From the NCBI RefSeq assembly GCF_003918875.1, contig NW_025764891.1, positions 2,418,001 to 2,482,000 of the forward strand: a stretch of 64,000 nucleotides of DNA. The letters run 5' to 3'. This document shows, in pieces, positions 13,101 through 25,100 of this stretch. The stretch comes from Haliotis rubra. Its lineage: Eukaryota. The notes under the pieces are model-generated. The model was not told where the DNA came from. It was given only the letters and a program-made list of their open reading frames with translations, and ran no database searches. The position numbers and the translations under genes were made by a program. Within the stretch, counting starts at the first letter, position 1. Every line of letters begins with the position of its first letter.

Positions 13101-16100
13101 CTATGGAGCTCCTCTAATTCAGACTCTTTCAAAGCAACTAGGGTTTGTTGCTGGGCAGCATCATGAGTCAGACTCTCAACCTTTTCCATCAGCTCTCTCA
13201 CAGAGGCATCCTTCTCTGCCAAGGAAAGCTGTTGATGTTGGAGTTTCTCAGTCAATTCACTGACATGTGTCTCCCTTTCTGACAGTGTCGCCTGCTGTTC
13301 TTGAACCTGCTGTGACAATAGGGTTACATTAGTTTTCAAACTTATCACATCACTGTCACGCTCACTGAGACCTGCTTCATGTTGTTCAAGACAAACAGAC
13401 ATGTCTGACAAAGCAGCATCCTTCTGTCTTATCTCCTCTTGGTGTTTCTGCAGGAGCTCAGTCTGTGCTTGCAGAAGATCTTCCTTCTCCCTGATCACCT
13501 GCTGGTGTTTCTCAACGAGCTGAGCCTGTGCTTGCTGAAGCTCTTCCTTCTCCCTGATTGCCTGCTGCTGTTCTTCCAGGAGTTGAGCCTGTGCTTGCTG
13601 AAGCTCTTCCTTCTCCCTGATCTCCTGCTGGTGTTTCTCAAGGAGCTCAGCCTGAGCTTGCTGAAGCTCTTCCTTCTCCCGGATCTCCTGTTGGTGTTCC
13701 TCCAGGAGTTGAGCCTGTGCTTGCTGAAGATCTTCCTTCTCCCTGATTGCCTGCTGCTGTTCTTCCAGGAGTTGAGCCTGTGCTTGCTGAAGCTCTTCCT
13801 TCTCCCTGATCTCCTGCTGGTGTTTCTCAAGGAGCTCAGCCTGAGCTTGCTGAAGCTCTTCCTTCTCCCTGATTGCCTGCTGCTGTTCCTCCAGGAGTTG
13901 AGCCTGTGCTTGCTGAAGATCTTCCTTCTCTTTGATCACCTGCTGGTGTTTCTCAAGGAGCTCAGCCTGAGCTTGCTGAAGCTCTTCCTTCTCCCTGATT
14001 GCCTGCTGCTGTTCCTCCAGGAGTTGAGCCTGTGCTTGCTGAAGATCTTCCTTCTCCCTGATTGCCTGCTGCTGTTCTTCCAGGAGTTGAGCCTGTGCTT
14101 GCTGAAGCTCTTCCTTCTCCCTGATCTCCTGCTGGTGTTTCTCAAGGAGTTGAGTCTGTGCTTGCTGAAGCTCTTCCTTCTCTTTTATCTCCTGCTGGTG
14201 TTTCTCAAGGAGTTGAGTGTGTGCTTGCTGAAGATCTTCCTTCTCCCTGATTGCCTGCTGCTGTTCTTCCAGGAGTTGAGCCTGTGTTTGCTGAAGCTCT
14301 TCCTTCTCCCGGATCTCCTGCTGGTGTTTCTCAAGGAGTTGAGCCTGTGCTTGCTGAAGCTCTTCCTTCTCCCTGATCTTCTGCTGGTGTTCTTTGAGGA
14401 GCTGAGCCTTTGTCTGCTGCAGTTCTTCATTTTCCTGCAAAACCTGCGTCAGAGAGGATGTCTTACTTTGCAACTCTGTTTCCAGGATTTCTTGCTTCTG
14501 TTCACTTGAGGTTCTGACTTCAGTCAATTTCTGCATCAAACTTTCCACCTCCGTCGACTTTTCAGCAATTTCACTTTCAAGTTCCTGTGTGACTTTTACC
14601 TTTTCTGTTTGGAGCTCAGCCAGATTTTGACTCAAGATTGAGGCTTCATTCTGTTTCTCAATGACCACCTGCTCATGTTTCAGGGTTATTTGCTTAATTT
14701 CAGATCCCATGTCTGCAAGCTGAGTGGTCAGGTCCTCCACCTTTTGATCCCGATCTGATAGGGTCATCTCATACTTGTGGGCAGTGTCCTCAGCTTCAGT
14801 CTCAAGATTTCGGATACGTTCATTAAGTTTGACTTCTCCACTTCTCTGCTTACTGAGATTCTCTTGAAGACTGGTACACTCTTCCTTCATAGCACATATT
14901 TCCTGCAAGATATGACAAACATATCACAAAAATACCAAATGCGCAAAAATGTTTAACCATAACCATTCACAACTGATTACATAACATATACTTTGTCAAA
15001 ATTTATCTAAATCATGATTGAACAGGCGAAAACACAAATTACAATCTGATTGAAGTATTTCTTTCAAAATTTGATCTGATATCACATACAAAAAATGACA
15101 CAGGTGAACTGATTTACCGTATTAGCCAGATTGAGGTCTGTCCTGGACTTGTTGAGGTCTGTTTCAAGAGCCGTGATGTTCTCCAGGTTGGAGTCTGTCA
15201 GTGTGGTGAGTTTCTGCACCTCCAGCTGGGACTGGGCCAGGACCTGAGCCTGGCTGCGGAACTGGGCCTGCAGCTCACGCCGAGACTCTGTCAGCTGTGT
15301 CACTTCACTCTCATACTTCTCCAGCTGAAACTTGAGCTCTGCTATCTGGTCCTCAGTTTCCAGGAGGCTCTTCCTTGCAGCCAGGTAGTTTTGCTATAAC
15401 ACAATCACAAGTGAGTGAGTGAGTGAGTTTGGTTTTACGCCGCTTTTAGCAATATTCCAGCAATATTACGGCAGGGGACACCAGAAATGGGCTTCACACA
15501 TAGTGCCCATGTGGGGAATCGAACCGGGGTCTTCTGCGTGACGAGTGAACGCCTTAACCACTAGGCTACCGCACCTCCCCCACAATCACAAGAGCTATAC
15601 ACACTATGCATACTATCATTCAACTCATGTATGAAGGTTTTCTGTTAGAAGCATTTTGAAAGACATCCTGTTTCTGAAAAAGAATATTTCAGAGGATCAA
15701 TATGATCATGTTAAGTGATATCCAGGGTTTTACACAGACTTTTAAAAATGGGAGTCATGGTGACTCACAATATTTATTTTGGGGAGACATTTTCAATATT
15801 TGGGAGTCATGAAAATTTTAATATTTCTTTGTGTTAATCATTCTTACAATGAGGGCCACCCATAAAACTTGCGTCAAGCTTGACTCGTAAGATAATATTT
15901 TGAGAGTCGTTTACAAAATTGTTGCGTCAAATACGCAGGAATCACGCGTCATGTAAAACCCTGGATATCATTATCATTGTGTGCCAGAAACTTAAACTTG
16001 ATGGCAGAGTGAAAGCTGGCAGGAGCTCCCATGGATCTCAGGGAAGGTATCAAAGAGGTATCCTATCATAGCATCTGACTTTGATCAGAAAGTTCAACAG

Positions 16101-19100
16101 CTCTCAAAGCTTCAATGAGAAGGCTGACATCTCTAGTACCTCAAATGCATCTCGGGTGCGAGTCATCTCCTCCAAGTGGGACATGGTTGACTTGTGGGTG
16201 TCCAAGGCAACTGTTGTTTCCTGCAGACGGGAAAGCTCAGCCTCCAACTCTGTGATGCGTTTGTCAGACACCACAGACATAGACTCCCCAACCGCAGGGG
16301 CTGAAATACACCAACATTACACTGCTTGAGTCATGTAACTCCTTAAATGACCATTCCCACTTCAATTTTCACATCACGGCTTCTGACACAAACCATGACT
16401 GGCTGAGGTACTTTACTGTCTCAATTTACAAGTAATGTTACTTGGAAGAGTGAAAAAAAAATGGGAATAGTTATGGTGCCCTAAGCAGACAAAGCTTTTG
16501 TCATTTACTCCATCATGTTTACATTAACACATACTGGACATACATTTAAAGATAGTGTAGGACTGATGATCTCCCTCCCTCTCACCTGTGAGAACATCCT
16601 CGAGGTCTTCCTTCTGACGGGAGATGATCTCGCGAGCCTGGTCAAGCTGGTGTTGCAGGGACTCCTGTTCTAAAGCCACCTTCTTCCTCTCTTCTTCTCT
16701 CTGAAGCAGCTGTTTCTCCAACTCGTCGACATGCAGCGTCAGACGGTGGTTCCGGATCCGGTAGTCCTCGTTCCCAGCCTGTATGGACTCCATCGTGCGC
16801 AGCTGCATGTACCATACACAGAATGTGCTCATTACTTCAAGTAACTTCCGTCATTCTCATAAGTATGATGAGTGAGTAGGGGTTTCTGCCACTTTTACTA
16901 GTTTTAGCAATATTTAGGCAACATGATGACAGGGGACACCAGAAATGGGCACACATTGCACCTTAGTTGGGTGAGCGAACAGTTTAACCACAAGGCGAAC
17001 CACCATCCCTGCTGTCATAAGTATGAAATAAATAGTTGCATGTTTACCAATTGTTAAATAACAGAAGAGAATAAACAGTTGTGTATCTGAAGTTCCTTAC
17101 ATCATTCTTGTTCTTGCTGTTTTCTTCCATGAGTGACTTGATTTCCTTTTCCTGGTAGGCACACTGAGATCTGAGGTCAGACATCTGCTCAAGCTTGGAC
17201 TTGTACCTGGCATAAACAGTTCAGGGGTTTAGAGCAATTTTTTTTCGCAACAAATAATTTCAGAATAAATAAGCAAAATTTGCAACAAACTATTTCTGAT
17301 AAAGAATAAATAAGCAAAATTTGTTGTACAATTGTGTCCACACAATGTGTTCCTCTGATAAATTCACCTACCTGTCCATCTCTTTTTGCATCAGGTCGTT
17401 CTCAGCCCTCAGTGTGTCCAACTCGTCCAGGTGGTCACGCAGTTTCCTCATCTCTTGCAACTGTTTCTGGAGATCACGGATCTTGCTTTCTGAAACAACA
17501 CAATTCCACAAATATAAATAACGGACTACACAAGATTTTTCAGATAATTGAAATTCTTCAAAATTAAGGGAAAGCTTTAGAATTTAGTGATCCCCCAAAT
17601 CGGTCTTCTAACAATAGTAACATAGGGGTTGTAACAAGAAATGAATGATTTTTAAACTGATCTGCAGATACTGCATACCAAAGGAAATGTTGGCTTGTAT
17701 TGGCATTACACATTTTGACATATAGTGAGTAAATTGTGACCCCTTTGCTTACCTCTGTTGTCAATGTCCATGGACTTCTCCTTGAGATCCAGCTCAAGTT
17801 CCTGGCGAAGATGGGCTTCATTTTTCAGTGCCACTTCCAGCCTCTTCATCTCCTGCTCCTTTTGCCGCAGCATCACCTACAACAAGCAAATCTCCAACAT
17901 CAGATACAGAAAGCATCACCTTCAACAGACTACCTACCTGAGCCCTCTCATGCAGAAACATCCAACTTGTTTGAACACATTACAAATAACAATTGTTTGG
18001 GTTATTTTATTAAAATACATTATTTGTCCAGCTGCTCTAGATGTAAGCTTCTATTGACAATATCTGTCCAAAAGCTTTGTCTTTGGCAGTGTTAGAATGT
18101 ACAGTAGGCTGACATAATCTCACACAATCATACAACAGACTGCATTCCACAAACAAGCAGGGGTTTGGAGAAGCTGCATACATCAATGTTTGTAGCCGAT
18201 CTACATGTACTGATAATTGCAGTGAGATGAAGCAGAGATGAGAGATGTTCAGTAACTTATGAAATAACCATGATTACAGCTCACCTAACACATCCATGAT
18301 TGTAAACCAAAAGTCACTGTGTTCTTTAATCTGATTGGTTGAAAAACATGATGTATTTGTAAGACTATTCGCTGCGTATTCATACATACAAATAACGCAC
18401 ACAGTTGTATTGTTGCGTAGTCAGCAGTAGTGATGTCATTCAAGACATATTGTAAACCAAAAGTCACTGTGTTCTTTAATCTGATTGGTTGAAAAACGTG
18501 ATCAAATGGTATTTGATTCCCGGAAATTCTATGCGTATTAATACATACAAACATCGCTCACACCATTGCATTGTTACGTCGTCAGCTGTGATGACGTCAT
18601 TGAAATCATATTGTGACGTAAAGTCGGAATGACGTCACAAATGAGCAGTTCCAGAGTGAGTGAGTGAGTGAGTGAGTTGAGTTTTACGCCGCACTCAGCA
18701 ATATTCCAGCTATATGGCGGCGGTCTGTAAATAATCGAGTCTGGACCAGACAATCCAGTGATCAACAGCATGAGCATCGATCTGCACAATTGGGAACCGA
18801 TGACATGTGTCAACCAAGTCAGCGAAACTGACCACCCGATCCCGTTAGTCGCCTCTTACGACAAGATAGTCGCCTTTTTATGGCAAGCACATGGGTTGCT
18901 GAAGACCTATTCTACCCCGGATCTTCACGGGTCGAGCAGTTCCAGATGCTACCATGAGAGACAGCCGAAACGGCCGGTTGATGACATTTCACTGCTGTAC
19001 CCGTACACGATGTCAATGAGTGCAGACACAAAACGTGTGTGGACCTTTTGGTTTACTTTTGTGTTTACAATGTCATTAAACATCATGTGTTGGCCAATTT

Positions 19101-22100
19101 CCGGGTGTTATTGAGTATTTGAAGCACGGGAATTAATTTGGAACCGACGGCTTAATTGTGACGTAAAGTTGGAATGACGTTACAAATGAGAAGTTCCAGA
19201 TGCTACCATGGGAAACAGCGTGAAACAGCCAGCTGATGACACCTTACTACTATACCCGTACTCGATGTCAATGAATGCAGACTGAACGTGTGTGGACCTT
19301 TTGGTTTGCATGTGTGTTTACAATGTCATTTTACATCATGTGTTGGGCAATTTCCGGGTGTTATTGAGTATTTGAAGCACGGGAATATTTAATATGAAAT
19401 ATTCCCGTCCTTCAAATACTCAATAACACCCGGAAATTGCCCAACACTTGTATCTCCTAAATGTTTCCGACACACATACTGCACCATCAGTAACACCTAA
19501 TGCTGAGTATGTTCAAATATTCAGCAAACTTCTGTTGGAGTTTGTTTCAGCTGCTTAGTTTGCAGCTTTCTATCCAAACTATGACAGGGTGTGATAGGAA
19601 TAAAAACACAATTCTCAAAAGAATTTTCAATAACTTTTCCCCTCCATATATTGTTAGGAGTCAAATTGGAAACAATACATGAATTCAGGAGGTTATTACC
19701 ATTCTTAAATAATAACCTAATTTTGTTTTGTTATTTCATTATTGAAATACATTGACATACCAGGCCCTAAGCAAACTAAATATATCTTTCAAAACTATAT
19801 TCCATATCTCTTCAGTTCTGTAACTGAATCTGTAAATCAATAAATTAGAAGAAATGACTTAGTTATTTTGTGAGTGGTTAGCTTTCTGTGAACAATGAAG
19901 TTGTGCAATGTGATTATAAACATGTTGAACAATGTTAGATCAATGTGGTTACATCGGATTATACAGGCATGACAGGGACATATGTATATCAAACAAGACA
20001 GCGCATTAGGATGGGTGAGTTGATGAACGAATCAAAGAATGAGAGGATGCATGGATGGATTGACAAAGAAACAGATGGACAGGGGGTTGTAACGGAGCTA
20101 TTGTAGGGATGCATACAGGGGTCACCAAGTTACCTCGAGCTTACTTCTCTGATCCTTCTCCCTCTGTAGAATCTAGAAACAAGTGTAAGTAGTGGACACC
20201 TACTGTAGTACAGGTCAAGCTGTTATACCAGGTATAACACAGGTCAAGCAGATACACAGAAATGTAACCCCTTACCAATATACCATATAGACCACAGGAA
20301 ACGACTGACGAGGAACCTTGCTTAAGTTAATCAGTGGCCAAAGATGTTTGGAAGTGTATTCAAAAATCAGGATGAGTTTGTTGCCAGAATATAAATGAAT
20401 TTGTTGACAGGATATGAATGAACTCAATTAATGCTGCAGGTGCAATGATGACATATTTTATTGTGGTAATGTGCATCTTGATAGCAACATGAAGGATGGA
20501 CTCTATTGGTCATATCTCATTGGTCTTCAGGTCATTATGCACTGGTAGCTTGTCATGTAAGTAGAACACAGGGGGAAATAACATATGATTTTCATAGCTA
20601 CACTTTTGGTTGTGTCTATTCCTCAACATGGTGACACATGACAACCATACCCTGTACATCAACTTATGTTGGCTTGGGAACTCGTGTTCATACCATAAAA
20701 GAATAGATTTCTTATTTCATTACAAATCTACTTCTCATGATTTGCATTGATTCGAGTTGATTCACAACTTCAGAGTTTTGCACTCATATTGTGGCATAGC
20801 CTCTGTCGACGCTGATTAGTGAATGGCTGGCATTGGCTGCAGCCCCAGATGTTTTCCACCCAGGTTTACAACACCAGGTGTACTCTCTGAGTAGTAAACC
20901 CATGTAATTGTCAACTGCAGAATGTACACCACACAACAAGGAAGCAGTGAGTCTATCACAGCTACTAGAGAAGGCTAACAACATCAACAGCTCTACAATG
21001 GCTTGCATAAAACAAATGCATTATCACTAGTCAACAATACATTGCAAATTGTCACAAAAATATTTTTCTCTAATTGAGATGGTGTTGAGCTTAATGATGG
21101 ATGCATCAATTAACTCACTTATGAAAAGATGTGTTTGGAATTGTTACACATTTTGGATAAGTTGTAACACAAGTACAATGTTGACCTTTGAAAATGTTCA
21201 CTTTGTTTTGTGCAAGCCACTGTTGCCTCATAAATTAATTTCATTTACCTTGAATGACATCTACAAAAGAGACAAAAGTGAAGCTTATAAAAAAGTCAAT
21301 GTCTACAAAAAATAAGGAACAAGTGTCTTCCTGCAAAGAGTATGAATACTGAGATCTTATTTGATAGACACCTACCTTGTGTGTGAGGTGGGGGGACTGC
21401 ATGAACTCCCCGATGGGGGAGCTAGCCAGGGTCAGCATACGCAGTGGGGATGATATGTCACGCACTGAACAGACGCTGGTGTTAGCAATACGTGACAACT
21501 GTGGACTTTGTTTCAAGTCTCCCACTGAAACAAGTATAGAAATACTTTCACTTTATAGAAAAATCTTTCATGGAAAAATTGTACTCAAGCACTTAAAAAA
21601 GCATAAACAGAAAAGCAAGCATCACATAGATATTGGAGAAAATCCTTCAGTGTTGCTGATTAGTAATTCCACCAAGACTTGTGATAATTCCACCAAGACT
21701 TGTGAACATTATCACTCTACTGCTTTTCAAGTATGAATATTTCTGTTAAAAACATTTAGGCATAGTCTTGTTTTTATCAATTGTTCTTCATTAATCCAAT
21801 TCAAACATTCAATCTGCCTTATTACATGAACACTGACACAAGGTCTTACAGGAGACTGTTGATTAACTTTAAAGCAACATGCAGACATTTTGAAAATCCC
21901 CAACCAAGAACCATATGAACATGACTTGAATTATTTGCAGTAAATGTATAAACTTTCAACAAGAAAGAAACACAAGAACTGTTAAACAAGCAGGGCAAGG
22001 CTTTTGTTGGAGAAAGTTGTCAAAAAAAACATTTGTGACTTAGAAGAATCATATTAAGCAAGTCGAGTTTTAAAGAACTGCAAAGCAAAAGTATTTTACA

Positions 22101-25100
22101 ACACACACGAACAAGGAACGTTATACTTGCTGTGTGCACTTGAAGTGCAGGCAAAGCATAAGACAGGGTAAGTGCCAAGGACACAAACGTGTTGGGGAGA
22201 ACACACAGTTGTAATTGGTAACCATGGTAACCTACTTGCACTAAAGCTACCACTGTAGTTGAAAGACTGGTCAACCACGGGCGTAGTCGGGAAGCCCTGT
22301 GCCACTAGTCGAAAGAAAAGAGTAGCATCGCGATGAGCGTGACTGTTGTCTACGAAGCGAAAATAAAGAAACAAGTGTCACAACCTCTCGCACTGTACAC
22401 ACAGCGAGTCAAGGCAAGTCACATGCAGATTTGGATTTGGAAACACATGCTTTTAGATCGATGTTTTCACTTGTGATTTAATATCACAAAATGTCCAAAA
22501 ATTACTTGTCGCCTTAAACGGGTTACTTATCGCCTAAAACAGGTTAAACAGGCTAAATAAAAATGTATTAAAGGTGTGTCTAACATGTCAAATGCAGAAT
22601 AGGGAAGAATCCCATTAACAAGGCTTGATATATAGCCCAAGATATACAAATGCAATGTATGTCATTGTTTTGTTATTTGCATGACTGACAAATGACAAAG
22701 AAATCACCATATTTTGACAGAAGCCAAATATTTTACCAAGAAATGACAACCCCTTTCTCCCTTAAAAACATCCTTCATAAAAATTTAAGCCAAGATAATT
22801 TCTTTCTGAGAGGCTTTCCAATGAATATTTACGACTTCAAACACCAAAATCTGCATGTCACTTTACAACACTTACATAAGATATTCCCTACATGAGGGAC
22901 ATAATCACTGTACCTAAGGTGATGCTGGTAACGTGCTTCACCAGCATCACAACATGGCGGCAGACAAGATCGCTCGGCGATTATTCCCTTGAATTAGCAG
23001 TCTTCCACGTGTATACAGTCAACACTATTTAGCACACTGATAAACTTTGATGGTGCGAATACATTGAATGCACTGAATTTGATTATTTATATCTATGTGT
23101 TGAAGAATAAGCATTTTTAAAATCGCGAGAGGATGTCGGTAACTCAAAGTCTGGATGTCGGTAACGTGCAATGAATGATGCTGGTAAAACATACTGTCCT
23201 GTTTTAGTCGGTAAACAGAAATACAAAGGAGATACTATAGTGCTGTCGGAAATAGAAACAAAACTGTTTTTTAGGCTGTTACTCTGTATCCCTAAAATTT
23301 ACACAATTGCAAATAGCATATGTCGAAATAACCCACTTCGGCCTAACTGGGCGTTCAGTGGGATGCGTAATACGATATCCAGAAAAGCACGTTTTCTCGT
23401 AAAATCGGGCAAAACTTAGAAAAAAAAACGAATAGCTGCTGGAAACAATAGATCAGACTATAGATGGCAATAAGGTCGCTCAGCCAGGTGTGACGACGGA
23501 CCGTCAACTCACCGGGCATGAAATGCACGTGCTGCCTACAGGCACAAGGGGCCATCTCAAAGATATTTTGTGCTTTTTCATGTGTGTTGACTATGTCTCA
23601 TCCATTGATTAACATCTAACGTGTCTTTCTTTCATATAGTTTCATATAGTTTATGTTGAGATATGTAAAAGAGTATGACACCCGAAAACCATAGAAACGC
23701 ATCGTAGTATATAGGTGGCATGACCACCCGAAGATAGACAGGACTGGATATTATTTGTAAATTGTTATGACGTGCCGTGTACCTCCCCTGCCCTCTAAAG
23801 GATTATCTTATCTTAGCTGATATCTCTATCCCCAAGCCCGACCCCATGTTTTGCTTTGAGACAACCCTCCTATCTGTTTCTTTTATAGTGACAGTGAGAC
23901 TGCATGGTAGCTACGTCCTTAATAGTTTCGCATAAAAGTTATCATTTTTTACGTCAGCTATCGTTCATAATGAATCTACGTCTAATTTCAAATTGGGCAT
24001 TTAAAAAGTGTCCTTTGTAATACAATATCGTCGCACACTAATTTGCATAAAACCATGGCCTGTTCCAAATAAGTCTTTTTGGACGAAAAAAACCCATTGC
24101 TCATTTCTGCACTAATTTCCCCTCAGTAAAGTCCCTTTTCTCCATTTCCTATCTCTCTACCACTGAGACTGTAGTTAGGCTGAACTTAGATTAACAGATA
24201 TTTCACACTTTCACATATCAACTACATAAATTGTAGAGATAAATGAGAAAATACAGTTTTTTTCTATTTCCGACAGTACTTTAATATCAGTTCTTATGTT
24301 TTACACAGATGTGTACTGCTGCTACATTAACAGTATGAGCAACTATTTCTGTGCACCGAGAGTTGTTGCTTGCCTTGAAGCAGGGTGTGTTTAATCACAC
24401 TATTTATGTGGCGTTTCATTGAACTTGAACGGATTTAGATGTGTGTGCCCATTGTTCATTACAATGAGAGCTTTTTCTCTGTCATCCTAACTTTAGGCAC
24501 TGCATATTTTCCCAGTATTTTTTTTTGTTATTCGTTTCACTGTAAAAGTGTTCACATGTACCTTCATGTTTCTCCGTGACCTCAAGAACCTATTATTAAT
24601 ATCAGGGTGACAGCCTATTCAAAAAGTTACCTATTTATTTAGTTACCCCCGATATTTTCATATTGCCATGAAACTGAGCAACCATTACCATTAGTATGTA
24701 TACTGGAAAGCTTAAACTCCATTGTTTCCTGAAAGTTTACATTTTGGACTAAACAATAACAACAAATCATGAAAATTTGCAATATGTTAATTTACAAAAT
24801 GATATGAAAACATCAACGATGTTTTGTCAACAAAATGTATCCCTGTACAACTATGGGGCTGCAGAGTTCCAAGATGGGAGAGGTGAGAGTCTCTCAGTCT
24901 GAAAATGTTCTCTGTTATCTTCAGACAACAAATCACATGAAAAATGTTTAATAGCGTGCATATCCACCTTGTGCACGGATGACTGCTTTGACCTTCCTCC
25001 TTATGCTTGTCGCAAGTCACCGGATTCGCTCTAGAGGCAGCTGCTGCTACTCCTGGTGCAAAGTTGCCTCCAAACATGCCAAATCTTGTACAGGCGGATC

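Noticed and set aside
13439-14509. 356-aa Leu-rich plus-strand ORF and Ser/Arg-rich alternate-frame ORFs
   Set aside because: These are antisense and shifted-frame shadows of the stop-free 63-bp NuMA repeat, with no independent evidence of coding.
18758-19114. Recurrent ORFs of the [15 protein letters not shown] type (also 52413 and 61293)
   Set aside because: They are chance translations of family B repeat copies.
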